Both the position numbers and the translations under genes were made by a program. A DNA stretch of 63,989 bases, counting the filler, from Octopus bimaculoides (taxonomy: Eukaryota): the NCBI RefSeq assembly GCF_001194135.2. It is 5 parts of 5 records of this genome, joined end to end, with 100 filler letters (N's around TTAATTAATTAA, not from the genome) between each part and the next. Parts side by side here need not be neighbours in the genome. Positions count along the whole stretch, not along the records: positions 35,862 to 56,387 come from NC_068989.1; 4 more parts are not named here. One strand, 5' to 3'. The number at the start of each line of letters is the position of its first letter. Within the stretch, counting starts at the first letter, position 1. The notes beneath the pieces were generated by a model, which ran no database searches, was not told the DNA's origin, and worked only from the letters and a program-made list of their open reading frames with translations. Positions 37,845-51,240 of this stretch are shown here, one piece after another.

Positions 37845-39112
37845 TAACGTTAGATATTCTAATATCAAATTTCACCGTGGTTGCTTTTGTCTTAGAACGT
37901 CGTCTTTTCGGGATAATCCAAGAAATGTCACTCAAGTACTGGGCTAGAATAATCGACTGTACCAACCAGCAAAAATTTCTTAACCGTGCATCAATGATGT
38001 ATTGTATGAGTAATTTTGCAGCTTATAGATTGAGGTACTTTTCTGGGACGTATGCAGATACCGTTGCGTCACAGAAATGTTGTATTTTTTAAATAGTACC
38101 AGGTAACGTGTAATACCGTAAAGTGAAACGCATTTCCCATTGACCTCCGTGTTCATTATCAGATTATCAAATTGGAAATTGATGGGAAATACTTTCCACA
38201 TTACGGCAAGATTTTTCAGTACGCTTCCATAAGGAAGGGGAACTGATTGGAATTAAGTGAAACAATTGTTGACAGTAAGAGCTGATGTTTGATGCCCAAC
38301 TGACTAGGTGTGCGTACCCATGGGAGAGGAGCATGTGTGTCTATGCGCGTGTTGTTCACATGTTGTTTGAGACTGATGAGATCCACAGGTATATTTTAGC
38401 CAAATTTTATTACTATCCGCTATTCCTGAATTTTTTCTTTCACTTTCTTGAAACTTCAAATGAATGTTTATCAAATTATTAACTTTTCAAGCCCCCCACG
38501 GCTTGGATACAGAGTGGTGCTCTTTGGGGAGGGGTTGAACATAACCCATGTCGAACAATGAAAGCATGGAAATTCGTGATAACAATGCTTTAATCTGTAG
38601 TGATGAATTTCTATGATGACAGGTTGACTGATTTACTTTCAGTTTTAAAATAGGCCCGTGTGTTTTCATGCTTGTTTTGGATTATATATTTTGTATAGAA
38701 GTACGGGAGTGGCGAGGTCTACCCTTTATATTATAGTTATATTTGTGGTTTTACCAATAGATATTAAATGTAAAATTGGAAGCGAAATATGATGTTCCCA
38801 GTTTTAAATCAGAACAGTCTTAGGATTTCTGCAGATTTTACTTTTCCATTTATTAGTTGGCCACCCTGCATCCTGAATCAGTATTCTTCACCTCAAGAAT
38901 TTGTAAGCAGCGAATATAAGAATTGTTAATGACGAATTAAAGAATTGTTAGCGGCAAACTGATAATTTGTATTTTCAATCTTATATTTTTATTAATCATT
39001 CAATTTATTTTCTTGCTTCCCACTACATTATAATGAGCAAAGAAAAACAAAGTTGTACCAGCAAAAATTCTGAAAGGAATGGCTTAAGATGCTAACGTTT
39101 ACTCAGTGGCTG

Positions 39113-39820
39113 TGTTTACAGCAGTGCTTGGAAGGAAGGAGTGGAGCTTGTGATCGTCGCATTGACCATAACAGAGAAAGTTGAGCAGAGAATCTGCATC
39201 ACATTTTGCCAAAAGCTTGGTGATACCTGCTCAGAGACTTACGGAAAATTTCCCAAAAGTTTTCATCGTTCTCGACACAATGACGGAGATCTTGTGCAAT
39301 TGAAACTCGAGTGTCATTTTGCTCAGCTGAAAGACGTTTTGGCACAAACTTGACTGACACGCGTCTCATATGAAAATATTCAGTAATAATGGATTGAACT
39401 CAACCGTAATTAATCTGAACATGCTCTGATAGCTCACAGTTGGTGATTCGACGATTTCTCCTCACAGCTGCACGCACATCTGGGATCGTTATTTGTCTCA
39501 ATTTTTTCGGCCATTTTGGAAACGTCTGAAGCACTCGCACACTTGTGTGCGGCTCATACACTCCTCTCCATACACTTTCTGCAACATTGCGTAGGCCTCC
39601 GAGCAGGTATCACCATAACAGCTTTCTCTATCATGGTCAATGCGACTATCACATGCTACACACGCTCCATCAAAGCACTGCTGTAAACGACGGAAGTGTG
39701 CTAGAACATTAAAACATAGTGCACATGCGCAGCAGCAATCAAGGTCTTTTTGTGCGAAGCAGCTTCACTCTGCGAGGTTTAGCTTCGTTACTATGGTAAC
39801 AGTCCGGATACATATTGATC
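39113..39820. mobile_element. Two mariner (Mos1-like) 5' fragments in inverted orientation: plus 39113-39248, minus 39243-39820
   Basis: Plus: TEKVEQRICITFCQKLGDTCSETYG; minus: GDTCSEAYAMLQKVYGEECMSRTQV...MRRVSVKFVPKRLSAEQNDTRVSIAQDL. Confidence 0.82.
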
Positions 39821-40383
39821 TGAGCCAGGCGTCTGAAAAAGTTCAGCTTTACATGTATGTATTGGTATGTATTGCAAGAAACAGCTAGGTTTCTTTCTCT
39901 AACATCTTATATAGTTCAATCTACACAAATTAATGTGTGAAAAACAAAATAGGAAATTTGAAAGAAGTTTCTATAAAACTAGTTTTACAACATCGAATAG
40001 CTATGGGGGTCCATCAGAGCAGAATAGTAATTAAAAGAACTCCATAGATAAAAAGTGGCTGAGAAACCCTGATTTAAATCTTCGTCTTTTCTCTCAATCT
40101 CTGTTTTCCTCTTCATGGTCCATGTTGGAATAAAAGTTATTTCTCTAATTTAAAGACGAAATGACATTTTCCAATAATTGAAATTAGCCTATTCATTTGG
40201 ATAGTAGGAACTAGAAATTATTACGTGTAAGTGAAGATAAATGGTAATTTCTTTTTTTTTTTGTATTTCGTACTAATTCTGCGAGAATAAAAATGTACAT
40301 GTAGTATTGGCACAACTTATTTAGAAGTGTTAAATTAATGAATAAATTTCCTACCGAAAAGTTCTGTTTATAATTTTGTATTC

Positions 40384-40778
40384 GAAGGTGGCGAGCTAAC
40401 TGAATCGTTAGTTTGCCGGGCAAAATGCTTTACAGCATTTTGTTCGTCTTTACGTCCTGGGTTCAAATGCTGCCAGGGTCAACTTGGCTTTTATATTTTC
40501 GTAATCGATAAAATAAATACCATTTGATCACTAGAGGTCAATTTGATGGCCTTGTACCAAAATATGAAACCAATATTTCTGTATTCCAAGGCGGCGAGCA
40601 ACCAGAATCGCCGGCCAACAACTTAGCGGCATTTTGTCTGTCTTTACGTTGAAAGGCTGCCTGGTCCTACTTTGTCTCTCCTCCTTTCGCCGTCTATAAA
40701 ACATGGTTGATGTAATTGACACACTCTCACCCACGAAATTGCTGCTTTGCAGACTAAAAGGATTATAGGTCAACATCT
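40384..40778 (+). mobile_element. Tandem pair of old SINE-B copies (40384-40578, 40588-40778)
   Basis: Two AAGG(T/C)GGCGAGC heads followed by diverged family-B bodies. Confidence 0.72.
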
Positions 40779-40956
40779 ATTCTTATGTTTATTTACATTA
40801 TTTTTTGTTCATAAATCCTTTATTTTCATAATTCAAGTTTCACCAAATTTGACTAAGCATTTTCACTCTCTCAAGTGTAATAAAATACATACCAATTTAT
40901 TTTTCTTACACCTGTAATAGATACATTGTCCCTTAAAATTTTGCTTAACCTAGATC

Positions 40957-41190
40957 TTGGGGAGATTCAGTGTGACAAGGCTGGCCGTTTGAAATACAGG
41001 TACAACAGTGACAGGAAGAAAGAGTGAGAGAAAATTGTGGTAAAAGAGTACAGCAGTGTTCGCCACCAACCCTCGTGGAACTTTAGGCGTTTTCACTCAA
41101 TAAACACTCACAACGCCCGGTTGGGGAATCAAAACCGCGATCCTACGACCGCGAGTCCGCTGCCCTAAGCACTGGGCCATTGCGCCTCCA
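40957..41190 (-). mobile_element. SINE family C, 3'-truncated
   Basis: CACTCACAACGCCCGG...CACTGGGCCATTGCGCCTCCAC matches the family-C head. Confidence 0.85.
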
Positions 41191-41973
41191 CAATATATTA
41201 TGTTAATAGATAAAGAAAATATCTCTAAGAGATGAATGGACATTATGCACTTTCGTGACGAAAATGGTATTTGATAATTCTGTCCACGAGGATTAGGCTG
41301 GAAGACATTTGCAGAGAAAATTTATTCATTTTTCTATATTGTTTGAACCAGTATAGAATGCAATGTATCTCCTAGAACAGGAAACACTCGGCCTTCTTAT
41401 GAATTAAAATGTTGGAAACATTACGCGCCCTCCACTATGTTATTCTAAAACCCTACGAAACTAATTTTATACTTTCTAAAGCATAGCTACTTCCCCTTTA
41501 GCCATTTATATAGTTAGATTGTCGAAGGTGATGTAAATCTAATAAGCAGCGGAAGTGTAAATCAAAAATAAGGTCAGATGATGTTTTACCTATTATGAAC
41601 GATATCGTTATATACTGACAGGTATTATTATGTTACTGATATCTATTTACAATTGATTTGGATAACAGGTCGGTTACTGGACTTTAAAACTCCCAGAGGT
41701 AAGCACATTTATTATTTAGACAATGTGAAAATTCTAGCAGAGCAAATAATCGATAATAATGAATAATAATGACTGTTGCAAAGGTGTGATTTCCTGAGCA
41801 CACGTGTCCAAGATTTGGTTTCAGTTCCTAGGGGAAACGATTTTTAGTACATTTACATTGATCATAATTTCTTTCCTCCACTCTCTCTCTTTCTCTTCGC
41901 TGCCTTTCTCTTCTCTCTCTCTCTGTGTCTCTGTCTCTCTGTCTCTATGTCTCTCTCTCTGTCTGTCTGTCTG

Positions 41974-42040
<67 letters not shown>

Positions 42041-43514
42041 GTATACATACATTCATAGATACGTATGTATGGAAGAATCAAAAGATGTTCTGCAATTTCC
42101 AAAGCAATAACTAAATCATCGTTGGAGAGATCTGATAATATGCTAGTTAGCTGAAACTGCAACATATGTTTGGTGTCCAACAAAACGATATCACTTCAGT
42201 GGCGATTTTCAACCTCAGTGAATTAAATTATAGTCCCCATGAGGCTAACTTCATTTGGGTACATTGAATAGAATCTACATGTATTCTGCTTTAGTGACGG
42301 CACATTAAAAACTACAGAAGGTTTTAAATGAATGACTGGCATATGATGGAATGGATTGGACATGGGGAAAATTTTGCTATAGCTAATAAAGGTAAACGAT
42401 AAAGACATATTTCGGTCGTGAATGACCATGGGATTGCAACTAGAAAGTTCTCCTCCGAGGCACAAGTCTGGGCAAGGTTGTTTATGGAAGACCAGCAGTC
42501 GCATATGCACACCAGAACTCCCTCTCCGTGCCACCGATTTTATCCAAGGGAAAGGTAGAGATTTGATACAGATTGACACCAGTTTAACTATTGTAAAGGT
42601 TGTAAGACGCAACGAAAATTTCAGAAAAAAAAAGAAAGTGGAAATTTTACCGGTGAGTGTGTTAAATTATAAGACACTAAAAGAGAATGACTNNNNNNNN
42701 NNCACACACACACGACTTCTTTCAGTTTACGTCCACAAAACTCGCTCACAGGTTCGTGGTCGGCTTCGATAGATAGATATGATTTTCCTTATAGGATTTA
42801 GACATCTGATGTACATGTTTCAGTCCTACTTATGCAAAATCTCTGTACCCAGATTGAAAGGAGAAACAGTACGGCGAATATCCCCCAAAATAAAACCATT
42901 TCAAGGTATATACTGGCCAAGATAAATGGAACGCCTTGAAGAGAAGGATATAAAAATACAATAAAAGAATTAAAGGAGCTTTTAGTAGGCAAGAACTAAA
43001 GGAAAATACGGAGATATCTAAGTAAACAACGATAAAAAGATGAAGGAAAAGTGAGAAGAAACATTTAATAATACACTTCCTCCATCTTTCTCTTCATTCA
43101 CCACTTAATTTATGTATTTCTCGTGTGTTTTCCTTATTCTTTTTACCTCCATTTATATATTTTCGTAATTTCTTAATACTGTCCATTCTCCAGCTTAGTT
43201 GCCTTCTTATAAACCTACCCTCTTTATTCTCCTCTACTCTTTCCGACATTATTTCCTCTGGCCTTTGTCAGTTTATTTTAAGTTTTATTTTATTTTTGCC
43301 TATATTTATTTATACATTTCCTATATCTTTTTCGAAATCTTTATTGCCTTTCCTTTATTATTATTGTCTTTGTTTCGTTGTATCTTTTTTATGTCTTCCT
43401 GTCAAGGTTCCTTTTCTTCTTTTACTCTTTTCTCTTATCATTACCCGAGCGTGCTTTCCACCGCTATCACTATCTGTTCCGTCGCCATTTTAGATTCATT
43501 CTATTCTTCTACTC

Positions 43515-43596
<82 letters not shown>

Positions 43597-43972
43597 CCTC
43601 TCTCCCCCTCTCTCTCTATCTCTCCCTCTCTCTTTCCGCTATCTCAATTTATCCTACTATGATGTCTCTATTTATGTCTGATTTAGCAAAACCTCACGAC
43701 AAATTCAGACAATTTCTTCGACGAAGATGTTTTCCCCTCCCGTTTTCGGAATGGGCACCATTGATCAAGTTTAAAATTGCCGTCAGCTTGGCGCCAGCGC
43801 TATTGGCATGATCTACGAGGATATTCACAGATGTACCTTCGTACATATGTATGTATGTGTGCACGTATGACTATACATGCATTTATATGTGTGTATGTAT
43901 AAGCGTGTGTATGCATGTATAAATGCAAGTATCACACTCTCTCTCTATCTCTATATATCTACCTGTCAATGA

Positions 43973-44020
<48 letters not shown>

Positions 44021-44646
44021 GCCTGTATGTTGAGAGAGAATGAAAGGGAAGTTTAAGCATGTGTACGTGTATGTATGTGTGTGCTTGTGTGTTCGTGTGC
44101 GTAGTCCCCTCCTGCTCTCTCTCACTCTCGCTCTCTCTCACTCTCGCTCTCTGTTGTGTGAACATGTCTATTGCTGTATAAGTAAGTATACATAAATGGG
44201 AGCAAGTATGTAACGATATATATGCATACACAAACACATTTCTGTCTTACTTGCATCCATTATTTCACGTTCATATTAGCATGCGGAGAATCGCGCATAC
44301 AGGTGGTAAAAAACAACAATACAAAAAAGCAAAAAAAAAACAAAAAGAAAAACACCAGATTCGCTAGAGACCTCTCAAGCATCTCCATAATCGTCACAAT
44401 AAATGAAGGGAATATGATAGCTTTTACGCAAGGAAGAGTGTGTAATGGGATGCTACAATTTTGATTCGGAATATAGTGAGAATCAATCCTGTGATCATAG
44501 ATCGTATTTAAGATGCGCTTGTCGAAAATCAGATTGAGATTATGAAGGACCCAGGATACACAAAAATAGCGTTACTATTTAGAAACACAAAAGAGGCAGC
44601 AGCAGCAGCAGCAACGTGAGCAACTGCAGCAGCATCAATGATGATG

Positions 44647-44686
<40 letters not shown>

Positions 44687-44728
44687 GCATTCTCCCTGGC
44701 GTGCTAACTGTTTTGTTAGCTCACATTA

Positions 44729-44948
44729 ATAATTATAATAATCCTTCTGTTATAGGTACGAGGCCTGAAATTGGGGGGGGGGAGGGCAAGGGGGATAGAC
44801 GATTACTTTTACCCCAGTACTCAACTGGTATTTAATGTATCGATCCTGAAAAAAATGGAAGGCAAAGTCAACTTCGGCTGAATTTGAACTCAGAACGTCA
44901 CGGCGGACCAAATGCCGCTAAGCATTTCTCCGGCGTGCTAACGATTCT
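44729..44948 (-). mobile_element. SINE family B (old subtype), head truncated at a (TTC)n tract
   Basis: GGCAAAGTCAACTTCGGCTGAATTTGAACTCAGAACG...GCTAACGATTCT. Confidence 0.8.
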
Positions 44949-45551
44949 TCTTCTTCTTATTCTTCTTCTTCTTCTTCTTATTCTTCTTATTCTTCTTATT
45001 ATTATTATTATAATAAAGAAGAAGAAGAAGAAGAAGAACAAGAACAAGAATGAGAACAGGAAGAAGAAGAATCCTTACTATAGACGCGAGGCCTGAAACT
45101 TGGGGAAAGGAGATAGTCGATTACTTGATTTATCCAACGTCATATATTCAGAGTGCTGAATTGTATAATATGAATGCTGACAATATTTCATGCACAGAAA
45201 TCAGATTTTTCTTCAAGCATAAACATTTATACGTTTCTGTAAAATTCATTCGTTACGATTAATTCTTTAGTTTCCATGTTTCAGTCTTCAAAGAAATATT
45301 TTTATAAGCGAATTAGATAAATGATACTCTCTCAGATCAAATATTTGGGCTTTTGGTCTTTGTTGTTATATAAATAAAGTAGGACGTGTCCAATGTAGCA
45401 GGGAGCATGCGGTGTAAATCCTAAGGATACGGGCATGATGGGGCACCGCTGAGTTTCTCTACATTGTCCCAGTTATATTCCTATATAACTACAACTCCAA
45501 ATTTAATTCACTTAAGCACTTCTTACCAGTTTATGCTCATAATTATATATG

Positions 45552-45587
<36 letters not shown>

Positions 45588-45597
45588 TATATGTTCT

Positions 45598-45975
45598 TTT
45601 GTTTTTTTAATGCTTTAGACATTTTGACTGTGGCCATGCTGAGCTCCGCCCTGAAATTTTTTTTATTCGAACAAATCGACCCCAGGCCTTATTATTCTAA
45701 AGCTTGGTACTTATGCTCTTGGTCTTATTTGCTGAACCGTTAAGTTACAGAGATGTAAACAGACAAACATACATAAATATATATATAAACACAAACATAT
45801 ACACACACATACATATACGATAGGCTTCTTTCATTTTCCCTTAACAAATCCACTCACAATGCTTTGGTCGACCTAACATTATTGTAGAAGATATTTTCCC
45901 AGGGTGCGACATTCTGGAACTGAACCCGGAACAGTGTAGTTGGAAGGCAAGCTTCTTACCACGCAATCACGCCTC
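45598..45975 (-). mobile_element. SINE family A, degenerate near-full-length copy
   Basis: GACTGTGGCCATGCTG...AAATCGACCCCAGG...GAACTGAACCCGGAA. Confidence 0.72.
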
Positions 45976-46290
45976 TCTNNNNNNNNNNATCTATATATAC
46001 ATACATAAGTAGAGATCATGTGAGGTAATAGTGTAAATAAGACCCAAAGGTGTCAGGTAATGTTGAGTAAGTGCTATAGAGAGACTATAGTTAAGATCCA
46101 GGTTCGGTGATTATGCGAACTAGGAGTCCAACGTAGGTCATATATCAGCATGTATATATATAAAGAAATTTTCAGAATGAGATAAAAACCGGAGGCTGTG
46201 AAAGATTTTACAACATTTATAAATAGAAGGTCTTACAGATGTTTCCGGGATATTTAATATATCCCTTCATTGAAGGGATATATATATATA

Positions 46291-47066
46291 AGCATAAAGT
46301 GTAATATGAGCATTTCTAGAACGCAGTCCTTTATGAAGTCAACTAACAATTAAAGATGGAGAAGCCATGTTAAATTGTAACATTTTAATCCATGCATACG
46401 ATCTTTCAAGTGGTCACACCAACATGTAGGGAACATGGAAGAGATTGAATTAATTATTGTTAAGTTAATTACATATTCTCGTCAGTGCAAAAAATGAAGG
46501 AAACCTCAGAAAAGTCGTAAGAGAAGAAGAAATATCTTGTTAGAGGAGACTGCATTTAGTCCGTGTCGAGTAACTCATTCAGATATTAATAAGAATAATG
46601 TGAAAGATGAAATATAAAATATAAAAACATGGTTATGTAGTTTTGCGTCTAGTTGTGTAAGAACTAAATCTGGTTTGGCTAACGTATATTTAGACTCAAC
46701 ACTACATAAATAACCATGTTTTTATATTTTATATTTCATCTTTCACATTCTTTTTATTAATATCTGAATGAGTTATCCGACACGGACTAAATGCAATCTC
46801 CTGTAACAAAAATATTTCTTCTTCTGTTATGACTTTTCTGCTGTTTCCTTCATTTTGTTGCACTGACAAGAATGGTAATATATATTTACTTAATCATAAT
46901 CAATTTAATCTCTTCCATATTTCCTACATGGTTGTGGTGGCATCTCAAACGATCGCATGCATGGATTAAAATGCTATCAAACTTTTAACATATCTTCTCC
47001 ATCTTTAATTGTGTGTTGACATTATATAGGACCGAGTTCTATAAATGCGCATAATAACCTTATACT
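46291..47066. repeat. Large foldback: about 360-375-bp imperfect inverted arms (46291-46651, 46691-47066), 39-bp spacer
   Basis: For example GAAAGATGAAATATAAAATATAAAAACATGGTTAT is mirrored exactly; similarity continues to the outer ends. Confidence 0.88.
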
Positions 47067-47200
47067 TGGAAAATTTTCATATTATTAATGAAATATTTGC
47101 AATAGCAAGCTACCAACTTAATATGACGAATCTGTATTAGAAATCTAACTTTGGCCCCCCCCCCCAGAGTAAAACTGTTCTTATTGAACTCAACCTTTCT

Positions 47201-47264
<64 letters not shown>

Positions 47265-47340
47265 AATAAATATATATAAATATATTTACATACATATATA
47301 TATATCCATACATATATGTAAACATACATACATAGATATA

Positions 47341-47750
47341 TATATCCAGATTACTAGTTCAGGTTTAAACCTGTAATTATTAGGGACCTGGGATATGTAA
47401 CACACTGCCTAAATACTAATCTGGAGAAATTAGGCTTCTCAAAACCAAAAAGAAGAAAGCTGATTCGGAAAACACAGATACAAGCCATTACTAGAACTGT
47501 AAAAAATTGTATAACGTTCCAGAAGTTAAATATTTAAGTATATATGATCATGCCTGGACATGCAACTATATATATGAAAATATATACATAAAACGAAACA
47601 TACAAATCTGCACATATACATACATATATACAAACAAAACTACTCTGTTGATGTTGTTGATATTCAAACGAAGGAGCCTTGGATCTAGGTTAGAAATCGA
47701 CTCTATATCTCTATTGGCAAGAAATCTTTAAATACACCTGAATATTGGCA
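47341..47750 (+). mobile_element. Second 5'-truncated copy of the R4/Dong-like RLE element
   Basis: YPDY*FRFKPVIIRDLGYVTHCLNTNLEKLGFSKPKRRKLIRKTQIQAITRTVKNCITFQKLNI*; 3' UTR GCCTTGGATCTAGGTTAGAAA shared with 18460-18480. Confidence 0.85.
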
Positions 47751-48549
47751 TACATACATTCATATAATATATATATATATTCCCATGTTCCGACCTTACA
47801 TATAATTTTTTACACTATTGTATCACGCCTACACTGAGCCATTTTAAAATTATATTTCATTTAACTTATATATAGCCAAAATATTTGGGGAAGTGGTAGG
47901 ATCGACTAACCGTTACTCTATTTTATCGAAAGCCGAAGGATAAAAAAAATGCTATCCGTATTATTAAATCTGAAGCTGTAGAGTGAGACATCTGAAAATG
48001 TCTAAAAAGACAAATAAAAGGACAAAATTGATTCCAAGTTTTAGTGGACTTATTGTGGAACTTGCACAAAAATTCCGGTATCCGGTTTTTGACAAATATG
48101 ACAAAAATATTGATTTCTCATATAATTATTGATCAGATATTGCGGGTAAAAGGAGCATGTGATTGGATCTATCTTAAACACAAAATTGCTATGTATTTTT
48201 CGACAGCAACGAAATTTCATCTCACACCGTAAAACTGATCTGAATATATTCCGTTGGGAATATTGGCAGCCATTTCATCGTTCTTCCTACTCTGTTGTCT
48301 TCACAAAAGAACAACAACAAAAACAAGAAGAAGAAGAAGAAGGAGGAGAAAAGTAGCACCGAGAGATACAAGATAAGAAAAACAAAGCAAGAAAATAAAT
48401 AATATTGTGAAAATATAGAATATGTGGTTATAAAATATTTGTCGAATCTAAGACAAAAACATATAGATATATAAACGTGTGCATATACATATATCCATAT
48501 TTATGTAAATGCACAAATATAACCGAACGTACGGACTAGGTATATGTAC

Positions 48550-48622
<73 letters not shown>

Positions 48623-49648
48623 CATAGATATATATATATACACATAGATATAGATATAGATATATACATATGTCCACACATATGTACATATGTATTTGTA
48701 CATATGTATTTATGAGCGTCAGAATGTGTATCTGTGTTGATGTGTATTTTGGAGTGTACATGTAGGTGAAGAAGAAAAAAATTATGATAGTCATCGTCGT
48801 GGATATGTTGTGGAATGTTCTGATGAGCAAGGTATCATCAAATCCGTAATCATTAGTCTAAGATGGCGTGGTCTTATCTGCAAATACTTAACGTTCCATC
48901 TGTCTAGTCGGTTCCTCTACTGAAGTTTTGCAACTGTTTCTAATGGAAACACTATCTCAGCTGCCATCTAGGCGATAGTTATGATTAATATGAATGATTT
49001 ACGATGCCCACACAGAATGGAACTGGTAAAAGACAGCATAACTAAGTGGTTAAGGGTGTATAAAAAAGTTGGAGCGGGATACATGCATATATGTATTACA
49101 TGTGCATGAATATATATATATATATATATATNNNNNNNNNNNNNNNNNNNNNNNNNNNNNNNNNNNNNNNNNNNNNNNNNNNNNNNNNNNNNNNNNNNNN
49201 NNNNNNNNNNNNNNNNNNNNNNNNNNNNNNNNNNNNNNNNNNNNNNNNNNNNNNNNNNNNNNNNNNNNNNNNNNNNNNNNNNNNNNNNNNNNNNNNNNNN
49301 NNNNNNNNNNNNNNNNNNNNNNNNNNNNNNNNNNNNNNNNNNNNNNNNNNNNNNNNNNNNNNNNNNNNNNNNNNNNNNNNNNNNNNNNNNNNNNNNNNNN
49401 NNNNNNNNNNNNNNNNNNNNNNNNNNNNNNNNNNNNNNNNNNNNNNNNNNNNNNNNNNNNNNNNNNNNNNNNNNNNNNNNNNNNNNNNNNNNNNNNNNNN
49501 NNNNNNNNNNNNNNNNNNNNNNNNNNNNNNNNNNNNNNNNNNNNNNNNNNNNNNNNNNNNNNNNNNNNNNNNNNNNNNNNNNNNNNNNNNNNNNNNNNNN
49601 NNNNNNNNNNNNNNNNNNNNNNNNNNNNNNNNNNNNNNNNNNNNNNNN

Positions 49649-49719
<71 letters not shown>

Positions 49720-49823
49720 CAGAGTCGTACTTACCTATATCTATCTATCTATCTATCTATTCATCTATCTATCTGTCTATGTATCTATCTACCTACGTAT
49801 GTGTGTATGTATGTATATATCTG

Positions 49824-49854
<31 letters not shown>

Positions 49855-50220
49855 ATCTATCTATCTATGTATGTATGTATGTATGTATGTATGTATATCT
49901 CTATCTATCTATACACGGATATATATAAATATGATTGTGTGTGTGATCATATGTATACATACACAAATGGATATGTGTAATATGAAGATGGGTGCACGCA
50001 GAGAGAATTTTCCACAGCACAGACATGTTAAAGTAGAGTGATGTGACAGATGGACTGAGATAAATACTTTGCAGACGCTGAGAGTAAAAGTAATGATAAC
50101 ACATGATTAAAATTGAATATACTTCCGTGTATGAGTATTCGAGGGGAAAATGCAACAGGAATGGAGATACATATGCAGGCATATCTGTCTCTCACATAGA
50201 TGAATTTGTCATTCGTTCCA

Positions 50221-50311
<91 letters not shown>

Positions 50312-50828
50312 ATCTATTTGCCCCCCACCGAAAATTATTGATTACTTCATCCCCGAATCACACCCCTTTACCATTAATGTTATTTCTGTTGGGGGATATA
50401 TATGGATTTGAGCTGTGATTTCTAGAAGTGAACGATATGAAAGTAGCGTATGTGACAGAGTGTGATGGAAGTGTTTGATGCTAAGATAAGTAGAAATCCA
50501 AAAGAAAGATTAATTGATGAGTAACAAAAACAAATAATAGAATGAATAAAATAAAATATAATAAAGAAAGATATTTATCGTGTGAGAAGATCATGAATTA
50601 GAGCGTCAAAAATATGTAGCTGATTACTAAGAAAACATATGCGCATTCACTGGCAAACACACACATATACAGATACAGTTATTGTCATCCACCAGCACAA
50701 ACATATGGATGGAGATAAATGTGCAAGGGTATACACACATATCTTTGGTAAATGCAAAATTCCAATCGTTGTTTCAAGAGGTATTAATGAATATATAGCA
50801 GGTATTACACACACACACACACACAAAC

Positions 50829-50880
<52 letters not shown>

Positions 50881-50929
50881 ACATATAAATATATATATAT
50901 ACACACATGTATGTATATTTATATTTTCT

Positions 50930-50979
50930 TCTTTTTCTTCTTCTTCTTCTTCTTCTTCTTGTCATTATTACTGCTATTG

Positions 50980-51037
<58 letters not shown>

Positions 51038-51153
51038 CATTTATATTATTATTATTATTATTATTATTATTGTTATCATTATTATTATCATTATTATTAT
51101 TATTACTGTAATTATAAATATTATTATTATTATTGTTATTAGTATTATTATTA

Positions 51154-51185
<32 letters not shown>

Positions 51186-51189
51186 GTTA

Positions 51190-51235
<46 letters not shown>

Positions 51236-51240
51236 CATTA
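50930..51240. repeat. Long (TTC)n/(TAT)n triplet microsatellite
   Basis: Directly visible; source of the poly-I/L/Y/N ORFs. Confidence 0.95.
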
